A stretch of DNA of 16,486 nucleotides. Origin: an uncultured archaeon. GTDB lineage: Archaea; Aenigmatarchaeota; Aenigmatarchaeia; CG10238-14. The translations under genes and the position numbers were made by a program. This document shows, piece after piece, positions 1 to 6,124 of this stretch (position 1 is the stretch's first letter; each line of letters begins with the position of its first letter). Below the pieces are notes generated by a model, which saw nothing but the letters and a program-made list of their open reading frames with translations, searched no databases and was not told the origin of the DNA. The DNA is taken from the NCBI GenBank assembly GCA_964392445.1, contig CAYMPD010000023.1, positions 1 to 16,486 on the forward strand, in the 5' to 3' direction.

Positions 1-153
1 AAACAAAAGAAAACAAGGATGCCTTCTGGAATGGCAGGGTTGATGAGATATGATGAAGAAATTAAAGAAGCACCTAAACTTGACCCTAAATGGGTAATAG
101 GCTTTTCGGTTGGGTTAGTGCTAATAGAACTTGTTCTGAAGTTTTTGGGTTAA
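1..153 (+). CDS. secG: Preprotein translocase subunit Sec61beta/SecG (5'-truncated by the window; absent from the ORF track)
   Basis: Frame 1 is open from base 1 to TAA at 151-153: KQKKTRMPSGMAGLMRYDEEIKEAPKLDPKWVIGFSVGLVLIELVLKFLG. It shows the archaeal Sec61beta pattern (basic N-terminus, AGLxRY..EE, KxDPxxV) followed by one C-terminal TM helix. Confidence 0.9.
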   Translation, partial: KQKKTRMPSGMAGLMRYDEEIKEAPKLDPKWVIGFSVGLVLIELVLKFLG

Positions 154-181
154 TTTATTTCTGTCTTACTAGTTTATTCTC

Positions 182-985
182 ATGACAATTTACATAGGTA
201 CTGGCGGAACTCCTAAGTCATCTAAAGATAGATCTACTCTCTCGGGTTTGAAAAGGGTAAATAAATTAGGACTAAATGCAATGGAGGTGGAGTTTGTTTA
301 TGGAGTCAGAATGAGTACTGAGATGGCTGAAGAAGTTGGAGAACTTGCGAGGAAGTTAGGGATCAGATTGTCAATTCATGCCCCATATTATATTAATTTA
401 ACATCAACCGAAAAGAAAAAGATAGAAGCCAGTAAAAGAAGAATAATCAAATCATGTGAACGTGGTCATATTATGGGAGCTAAAATTGTTGTTTTTCATC
501 CCGCTTATTATGGGAAATTAACGCCTGAAGAGACTTATACTAGAGTTAAAAAAGAATGTGAAGAAATAGTTGATAGATTAAAAGAGAGGGGTATTCAAGA
601 TGTTATTGTAGGATTGGAAACTACTGGTAAGAAAAGTCAGTTTGGGACAGTGGATGAGTGTGTTAAAATTGCAAAGGAGGTTAAAGGATGTGGTATTTGT
701 GTTGATTGGGCACATGTCTATGCCAGGAATGGAGGTAAAATTAATTTCGGTGAAGTTATTGATAAAGTTCTTACACTCAAAACCAAACACATTCACAGCC
801 ATTTCTCAGGGATTAAATTCTCAGATAAAGGTGAAAGGAACCATTTAACTATTTCTAGTGGACAGCCTGAATATGAAGGAGTAGTCGAGGAAATTAAAAA
901 ACGTAAATTGGATATAACACTTATCTCTGAAAGTCCTAATCTTGAAACAGACGCACTTAAATTAAAAGAAATGTTAAACAAATAA
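182..985 (+). CDS. nfo: Endonuclease IV (AP endonuclease family 2, TIM barrel)
   Basis: Trinuclear-Zn ligand motifs occur in the expected order: SIHAPYYINL, VVFHP, GLETTGK, CVDWAH, IHSHFS, GERNH, ISESP. Confidence 0.93.
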   Translation: MTIYIGTGGTPKSSKDRSTLSGLKRVNKLGLNAMEVEFVYGVRMSTEMAEEVGELARKLGIRLSIHAPYYINLTSTEKKKIEASKRRIIKSCERGHIMGAKIVVFHPAYYGKLTPEETYTRVKKECEEIVDRLKERGIQDVIVGLETTGKKSQFGTVDECVKIAKEVKGCGICVDWAHVYARNGGKINFGEVIDKVLTLKTKHIHSHFSGIKFSDKGERNHLTISSGQPEYEGVVEEIKKRKLDITLISESPNLETDALKLKEMLNK

Positions 986-999
986 TAGGTAATGTAATC

Positions 1000-1266
1000 A
1001 TGCCAAAGAAAAAAGAGGGAAAAGATCTAAGTTGGGAAGAAATTGGAAAAGCTATAGGCAAAAAGATGGAAGGATTTAACTTCGAGGAGTGTACTCCTTG
1101 GAGGAAGAACTTAACCTTCAAATACAAAGAACATGGCGGTGGATTCGGAAGATTAATTTTCGCGATTACAGTAATTTACTTCCTGAAATTCAAAGGAGTA
1201 TTAGTAGGAATTCCAACTTGGGTAATAGTATTGATGGTGGTAGGATTTGCCCTGATGAGATTGTAA
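1000..1266 (+). CDS. Small membrane protein, 2 C-terminal TM segments; loosely LiaF/DUF5668-like, function unknown
   Basis: 88-aa ORF 14 nt after nfo. A charged N-terminal half is followed by two hydrophobic stretches (GRLIFAITVIYFL; IPTWVIVLMVVGFALM). Confidence 0.7.
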   Translation: MPKKKEGKDLSWEEIGKAIGKKMEGFNFEECTPWRKNLTFKYKEHGGGFGRLIFAITVIYFLKFKGVLVGIPTWVIVLMVVGFALMRL

Positions 1267-1287
1267 TGACAAATTCGTTTTGAAATT

Positions 1288-2058
1288 TCATTTCTTCTTA
1301 GGAGGCCAAAGAATAAGTTTACTAGTCTTCCTTTTATATTCCTGATATTTCTTTTTTTTACCATACTTCTTATCATATCTTTGTTCTAATTTAGGTATAC
1401 CAGTCACAAATAAAAGTAAAGAAGTGATAAACACTGGACTAACCAAACCAATCAAAACATTCAAACCCGAGAGAGAATTCAAACAATAAGTATAAACACC
1501 CACCCAACAGAGTATTTCCCCGAAGTAATTAGGATGTCTCGAATATTTCCAAAGACCAGATTGAATCCATTTGCCTTTATTCTTCGGATTATTTTTAAAC
1601 TTGAATTTCTGTAAATCGACAATAGTCTCTATGAATAAACCTGACCCCCAGATAAGGAATCCTAGGAAAGATAAAGGACCAAATCCAGAAGTATCTGAAT
1701 TCAGGTAAATCAATGTAGGAATCATTATAATCCAGACACTAAAACCTTGACCAACCCAGAAGGTTAGAAACTTGGTAAAACTTCCTCTTATCTGATCAAA
1801 CCTAGCGTCTTTTCCTACTTTTATAACTCTTATCACAAGGTAAGTAATCAGTCTTAGGCCCCAAGCAAATATCATTCCAAACAGAAGTGATTTATCTGCT
1901 GTAGTTTCACTTCTTAAAAGAAATATTAGTCCCAAAAGGATAAAGGTTAACCCGTAACCCATGTCTGTTAATTTATCAGTTTTAAACAAGTATGCAGGAA
2001 AGAACAAAATTATCTGAAGAGCTATTGATACCCCTAAAGAAATTAGTATCAGTGACAT
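1288..2058 (-). CDS. DUF1295 family membrane protein (steroid 5-alpha-reductase-like)
   Basis: Multi-TM protein with family motifs DxRFxxIR, DxQKxxFK, GLWKYSRHPNYFGE and GIPxLE. Confidence 0.9.
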   Translation of the reverse strand: MSLILISLGVSIALQIILFFPAYLFKTDKLTDMGYGLTFILLGLIFLLRSETTADKSLLFGMIFAWGLRLITYLVIRVIKVGKDARFDQIRGSFTKFLTFWVGQGFSVWIIMIPTLIYLNSDTSGFGPLSFLGFLIWGSGLFIETIVDLQKFKFKNNPKNKGKWIQSGLWKYSRHPNYFGEILCWVGVYTYCLNSLSGLNVLIGLVSPVFITSLLLFVTGIPKLEQRYDKKYGKKKKYQEYKRKTSKLILWPPKKK

Positions 2059-2079
2059 AGTAATGTTATCGGTAATTGT

Positions 2080-2511
2080 CTATTTAACTTTCTCCCAAGA
2101 TTCAATCCCTCCTTCCACTGCACGAAAAATGGGATGAGGATCTATTTCATTAATCTTTTTTAATTTGTTATATTTATCTGGGCTTCTGGACTCCAACTTT
2201 CTCATTAGATATTTAAACTCATATTCTAGTTGACCTTTTGTTATAGGTATTTTCTCTTTACTAATCTCAGAATCTAATTTAGATTTATCAAAATTGTAAC
2301 ATCTCCTGGAAGATTCTTCCCAAACAGCTAATAGATATGTGCTTATTGAAAACATGGGATTTCTAGTTTCCTTAAATCTTTCAAGTTGCGGGTGATATTT
2401 ATAACCTTCCGTTTTACCTTCTAAAACCGATTTAGCTAACAAACCCTCTCTCCAAAGTGCAACTAATCCTTTAGAATCTAAATATTTTGGATGAATACTC
2501 CACAATCTCAT
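2080..2511 (-). CDS. Pyrimidine-dimer DNA glycosylase / T4 endonuclease V-like protein
   Basis: N-terminus MRLWSIHPKYLDSKGLVALWREGLLA, then GYxxHPQLERF and GQLEYEFxxL. I moved the start from 2526 to 2511 because that ATG forms an ATGA overlap with the tspO stop (2508-2510) and gives the family-typical MRLW start. Confidence 0.88.
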   Translation of the reverse strand: MRLWSIHPKYLDSKGLVALWREGLLAKSVLEGKTEGYKYHPQLERFKETRNPMFSISTYLLAVWEESSRRCYNFDKSKLDSEISKEKIPITKGQLEYEFKYLMRKLESRSPDKYNKLKKINEIDPHPIFRAVEGGIESWEKVK

Positions 2512-2984
2512 ACATTCAACTTCCAAATATAGAAATTAAGTACTGCTGCAAATGTTACCCAAAGTAAATAAGGTAAAAGTAAATAACTCGATTTTTTATC
2601 AATTTTCCAGAATTGATAGGTCGTAAGAAATATAAAAAACCAGAGAATTATTATTTCTATAAAAGCGATCAAAGGGTTTTTAAGGTCAAAGAAGAAGAAT
2701 GACCATAATATATTTAACATAAGTTGTGTTCCAAATAATATTAGTCCAAGTCTAACCTTTCTATCTAATCTTTTTATGAGAATTAAGTATAAGGATATAC
2801 CCATCATTAAAAATAAAAGACTCCAAACAGGAGCAAAAACCCAATTGGGTGGATTAAAAACTGGTTTCTGAATGGTTGTATACCAATTATTAACTGAAGA
2901 AGTTGTAAATACTGATCCTAATAGTCCGGCCCCCTGACAAATAAGTATTGCAGATATAAGTTTAACAAAATTTCTTTTTTTCAT
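2508..2984 (-). CDS. tspO: TspO/MBR tryptophan-rich sensory protein
   Basis: WYxxIxKPxFNPPNWVFAPVWxxLxxxMG, QLxLNxxWSxxFF and LLxPYLxWVxFAxxLN; 5 TM helices. Confidence 0.95.
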   Translation of the reverse strand: MKKRNFVKLISAILICQGAGLLGSVFTTSSVNNWYTTIQKPVFNPPNWVFAPVWSLLFLMMGISLYLILIKRLDRKVRLGLILFGTQLMLNILWSFFFFDLKNPLIAFIEIIILWFFIFLTTYQFWKIDKKSSYLLLPYLLWVTFAAVLNFYIWKLNV

Positions 2985-3008
2985 AAATAATAAATAGTTT
3001 TTAGATTA

Positions 3009-4451
3009 TTATCCTTTAGCCACCGCAAGAGGAATCATTCTAGCAACAGGTTTAGATATCCCAGCACCATCAACACTACGAATAACTTCATCAACATCTT
3101 TGTAAGCACCTGGAGCTTCTTCACTCAGAACTTTTGGATGTGTGGCTCTAGTATAAATACCTTTTTCTTTCAATTCTTTCTTTACCGTCTCTCCCCAAAA
3201 TTTCTTCAAAGCACCAGTTCTAGACATAGTCCTGCCAGCACCATGACAAGTGGAATAAAATGTCTCTGATGCTTTATCAGTACCCACCAAAATATACGAA
3301 GCAGTTCCCATTGATCCTGCTATTAACACGGGTTGACCTACATCCCGATAAACATCTGGTACTAGTTTATGTCCCTTTGGTAAAGCACGGGTTGCACCTT
3401 TCCTGTGAACGTACAATTTTCTTTTCTTTCCATCTACTTCGTGCTCCTCAAGCTTACAGATGTTGTGGCAAATACCGTAAATACTATCCATTTCCATATC
3501 TTCCCAACTTCCTCCAAAAACCTGCTCAAAACTTTCACGAATCCAGTGAGTCATAACTAACCTGTTGGTAAAAGCGTAATTGACCGCACACTTCATCGCT
3601 TTGTAATAATCCTGACCTTCCTGACTGTTAGCGGGCGCACAGACTAACTGAGGATCTGGTAACCAGATGTTGTACTTTTTAGCGGCTTTTTTATGTTTTT
3701 TAAGATAATCTGATGCAACTTGATGACCAAAACCTCTTGAACCACAGTGCAACATTATAACCACTTGATTCTTTTTTTCTATTCCAAATGCTTTAGCAAC
3801 TTTTTCATCAAATACTCTGTCAATACTCTGAACTTCTAAGAAATGGTTGCCTGCACCTAATGTTCCTAACTGGGGTATACCTCTTTTCTTGGCTTTGTCT
3901 GAGATCTTGTTTGGGTCAGCACCTTCCATGCATCCATTTTCTTCATTTCTTTTCAAGTCTTCTTTAGTACCATAACCATTATCTACCGCCCATCTAGCGC
4001 CTTTAACCAGAACTTCATCTAGTTCATCTTTAGTTAGTTTTAATTTGCCTTTTGAACCAACACCAGAAGGAACATTCTTGAATAGTTTTGAAATTAATTC
4101 CTGTAATTTTGGTCTGATTTCTTTCTCGGTTAGATTGGTTCTAATCATTCTTATTCCGCAGTTGATATCGAAGCCGGTCATACCTGGTGATATAACACCT
4201 TCTTCTTGACCAAAAGCCCCCACGGCTCCCATTGGCAAACCATAACCATAATGTGCATCAGCGAGGGCAATTGCATTTTTAACAATTCCAGGCATACAAG
4301 CAACATTTGCTAACTGTCCTAAGGTATCCTCTTCCATGTCATTTAGTATTTTCTCTGAAGCATAAACTAAACCAGGGACTTTCATTCTTTCCCTCGCTGA
4401 AGTAGGTAATTCCCATTTAAAGTCATTAATTTTCTTTAATTTTTCTTTCAT
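3009..4451 (-). CDS. rtcB: RNA-splicing/repair ligase RtcB
   Basis: DAHYGYG, GFDINCG, GNHFLE, HCGSRG, HRKGAT, GSMG, STCHGAGR (guanylylated His motif) and EAPGAYK. 480 aa, no intein-sized insertion. Confidence 0.98.
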   Translation of the reverse strand: MKEKLKKINDFKWELPTSARERMKVPGLVYASEKILNDMEEDTLGQLANVACMPGIVKNAIALADAHYGYGLPMGAVGAFGQEEGVISPGMTGFDINCGIRMIRTNLTEKEIRPKLQELISKLFKNVPSGVGSKGKLKLTKDELDEVLVKGARWAVDNGYGTKEDLKRNEENGCMEGADPNKISDKAKKRGIPQLGTLGAGNHFLEVQSIDRVFDEKVAKAFGIEKKNQVVIMLHCGSRGFGHQVASDYLKKHKKAAKKYNIWLPDPQLVCAPANSQEGQDYYKAMKCAVNYAFTNRLVMTHWIRESFEQVFGGSWEDMEMDSIYGICHNICKLEEHEVDGKKRKLYVHRKGATRALPKGHKLVPDVYRDVGQPVLIAGSMGTASYILVGTDKASETFYSTCHGAGRTMSRTGALKKFWGETVKKELKEKGIYTRATHPKVLSEEAPGAYKDVDEVIRSVDGAGISKPVARMIPLAVAKG

Positions 4452-4454
4452 TTT

Positions 4455-4463
4455 CTCACCTCT
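4455..4463 (-). promoter_or_regulatory. Shine-Dalgarno site of rtcB (AGAGGTGAG)
   Basis: The minus strand reads AGAGGTGAG-AAA-ATG, matching the archaeal GGAGGTGA-type SD. Confidence 0.8.
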
Positions 4464-4524
4464 AATGCAACAGAATCAGACTGCCGCACCCATTTCCGAT
4501 GAAATCTATTCGGTGGGCACGAAC
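4464..4524 (-). promoter_or_regulatory. Structured RNA element in the rtcB leader: BHB/BHL-like hairpin plus a competing hairpin
   Basis: Minus strand GUUCGUGCCCA-CCGA-AUAGAUUUCA-UCGG-AAA-UGGGUGCGG-CAG. It folds into a 9-bp outer helix, a 3-nt bulge and a 4-bp central helix. 24 of 44 nt at 4481-4524 are G/C, whereas the other spacers are strongly AT-rich. The fold was done by hand and function is inferred. Confidence 0.55.
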
Positions 4525-4548
4525 TTAAGATAAATTAGTCAAGGAACT

Positions 4549-4971
4549 TTATATATCTAACACAACACTAACAACCCATCCCTCACCCGTCTTTTCAACC
4601 AAGTATTTATAATAAGTAACAGCCTTAGCAACAGTAAGAATTAACTCCTGACGGATCTCCTCGCCATGACACTCAATCCTAACCCTGAAACCATCATTTC
4701 TGTCCAACTCCAATACCCTAAACTTCTTAAAAAACATATTCTCGGTGTCTATAACCGTTAACAATTCCGACAACCAGTTGTAAATTAAATCTTCCTCTTC
4801 TTCCCCTTCCACTTCAAGCATTAAAACCTGTTTTTCCTCGACTTTATTAATATCACAAACTACCGAAAATAATGCTTCTCCAGAGTTTTCCACTAATTCC
4901 TCTAAGTTCTTACCATAAGCCTTGAACATAACATCCGACTTTATATCGTCAACTATTTCATATTTCTTCAT
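4549..4971 (-). CDS. Archease (RtcB activator)
   Basis: YEIVDD..SDV..KAYG..LEEL..N...ALF, EDLIYNWLSELL, KAVTY and C-terminal VLDI; directly upstream of rtcB; SD-like GAGGGGT before the ATG. Confidence 0.93.
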   Translation of the reverse strand: MKKYEIVDDIKSDVMFKAYGKNLEELVENSGEALFSVVCDINKVEEKQVLMLEVEGEEEEDLIYNWLSELLTVIDTENMFFKKFRVLELDRNDGFRVRIECHGEEIRQELILTVAKAVTYYKYLVEKTGEGWVVSVVLDI

Positions 4972-5020
4972 GTTTACCCCTCAAAACCGTAATAATTATT
5001 AAGCGAAGTAACAATAAAAA

Positions 5021-5035
5021 ACACTTATATACTTG
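5021..5035. promoter_or_regulatory. Putative TATA box of the divergent archease/eS26 promoter region
   Basis: TTATATA at 5025-5031 (TATATAA on the minus strand) lies in the 123-nt spacer between divergent genes, with an A-run just upstream on the + strand. Position-based inference only. Confidence 0.4.
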
Positions 5036-5094
5036 AGTTTTTAATCTTTAACTGATTGATATGTACGCAAAAAAGTTTAGCAGGGTGATGCACC

Positions 5095-5391
5095 TTGCCA
5101 GTTTCTGAAGCACCTTATAAACGTACCTATAAACATACCAGTAGCAGAGGAAATGAACAGAAAGTAAGATGTGTTAAGTGTGGTAAAATGGTTCCTAAAT
5201 GGAAGACTTTTACTATCAGGACAGGAATGAGAATAACTGACCCAACTATCCTAAAACAGGTCGACAAAAGAATGATACATTTAATGAACCGAAAAGGGAG
5301 AGTATGTCCTAAATGTGCAAGATTCTATAATATCGTCGAAAAGGGAAAATCAAAGAGAAAGAAGGGAACTGGTAGAAATAAGAGAAGATGA
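5095..5391 (+). CDS. rps26e: 30S ribosomal protein eS26 (S26e), TTG start
   Basis: Basic 98-aa protein with RGxxxxVRCxxCGKxVPKxK, ITDP and CPKCA; 4 Cys at residues 26/29/71/74 fit the eS26 zinc site. SD GGGTGA lies at 5083-5088, just before the TTG. Confidence 0.82.
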   Translation: MPVSEAPYKRTYKHTSSRGNEQKVRCVKCGKMVPKWKTFTIRTGMRITDPTILKQVDKRMIHLMNRKGRVCPKCARFYNIVEKGKSKRKKGTGRNKRR

Positions 5392-5856
5392 TTAAATCTC
5401 TTGAAGGGTGCCATTCTGCTCGATAAACTCTGCATTTACTTCAGGGCAATTAGTCTTAATTAAACCCTTTTCAAAATCTTTGGGTATTTCTGTGAAATTG
5501 TAAGGTTGTAGTTTACTTGCTTCTAAATTCACCTCCATAGGCTTTTCAATAATTGTTTTATCAGAATAAAAGACATATAATGTCAAATCTTTTAGAACTG
5601 TCGGTTGTAGATTTTCCAAGACAAAAAACAGTGAGCTTTTTGGTTGATCATAAGTTCCAGAGTATAAAGTAAAACTAGCAATAGTACAATCTGTTTCTTG
5701 AGATTTATCCTGTTTCCCAAAACCTGAAGCCCAGAAAGAAAGCCCAGCTGCGATAATAATTGTTATTACAACTAGAGCTATAGCTAATGTTAGCGGATTT
5801 ATACCTAATACTGGAGGTTCATCCTCCATCTCAAATTGTCTAACAAACATATTCAT
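5392..5856 (-). CDS. Archaeal type IV pilin-like protein with an atypical class III signal peptide
   Basis: G-INPLTLAIALVVITIIIAAGLSFW resembles the archaeal pilin N-terminal helix (G-ISPLIAxxLLIxxTV). It is followed by a beta-rich domain with two Cys (TDCT, TNCP). The start may be 5829 (MEDEPP). Confidence 0.65.
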   Translation of the reverse strand: MNMFVRQFEMEDEPPVLGINPLTLAIALVVITIIIAAGLSFWASGFGKQDKSQETDCTIASFTLYSGTYDQPKSSLFFVLENLQPTVLKDLTLYVFYSDKTIIEKPMEVNLEASKLQPYNFTEIPKDFEKGLIKTNCPEVNAEFIEQNGTLQEI

Positions 5857-6102
5857 CTAAATTATTTCCTTTTTTACTAATATCAAAAATACAATTATTC
5901 CCGTTACACCGGTTAAAACCACTAAAACTACGATGAAAAGGTAGATTGATATTGACCAAACTCTTGGTATTTCTGGATTTATTGATTTAAGTAGTAGCAT
6001 AAAGATGAACAAAGCTGCTGCCAAAAGCATCACAAGAAGCAGATTTATGAGCAAAATCGCCTTAAAGCTCTTTTTTTCATTTCCATTGGATTTTTTTCCC
6101 AT
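5857..6102 (-). CDS. Small 2-TM membrane protein, unknown function
   Basis: 81 aa with a basic N-terminus and two long hydrophobic helices. SD AGGAGG at 6110-6115; the stop abuts the next start. Confidence 0.8.
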   Translation of the reverse strand: MGKKSNGNEKKSFKAILLINLLLVMLLAAALFIFMLLLKSINPEIPRVWSISIYLFIVVLVVLTGVTGIIVFLILVKKEII

Positions 6103-6109
6103 CAGAATT

Positions 6110-6115
6110 CCTCCT
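6110..6115 (-). promoter_or_regulatory. Shine-Dalgarno AGGAGG for the 81-aa membrane protein
   Basis: The minus strand reads AAAAGGAGGAATTCTG-ATG, a 7-nt spacing. Confidence 0.75.
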
Positions 6116-6124
6116 TTTATCTTA

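Noticed and set aside
578-981. Short ORFs 578-802 (-), 642-848 (+) and 793-981 (-)
   Set aside because: They lie wholly inside the well-supported nfo gene and have no recognisable motifs; shadow ORFs.
1265-1292. AT-rich inverted repeat (including the palindrome TGAAATTTCA, 1281-1290) between convergent genes as a bidirectional terminator
   Set aside because: The stem is almost all A-U with mismatches, and archaeal termination does not need hairpins; too weak to call.
1089-1376. ORFs 1089-1283 (+) and 1176-1376 (-)
   Set aside because: Alternate-frame or antisense overlaps of two better-supported genes.
2512-2526. Extended start MEVEC for the glycosylase, as given in the ORF track
   Set aside because: It lies inside tspO; ATG 2511 gives the family N-terminus and an ATGA coupling.
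3260-3556. 98-aa ORF antisense to rtcB
   Set aside because: Entirely inside a conserved gene, with no SD and no family signal.
4467-4487. C/D-box sRNA or K-turn (CUGA in the loop), or an archaeal SECIS
   Set aside because: No RUGAUGA C box or tandem G-A pairs can be placed, and no neighbouring gene has an in-frame TGA.
4452-4548. tRNA gene or split-tRNA half in the archease-rtcB spacer (the spliced loop CCGAAUA superficially has a GAA anticodon)
   Set aside because: No acceptor stem, D arm or TTCRA T-loop; position 33 would be C and position 37 U. The 7-nt loop follows from BHB geometry alone.
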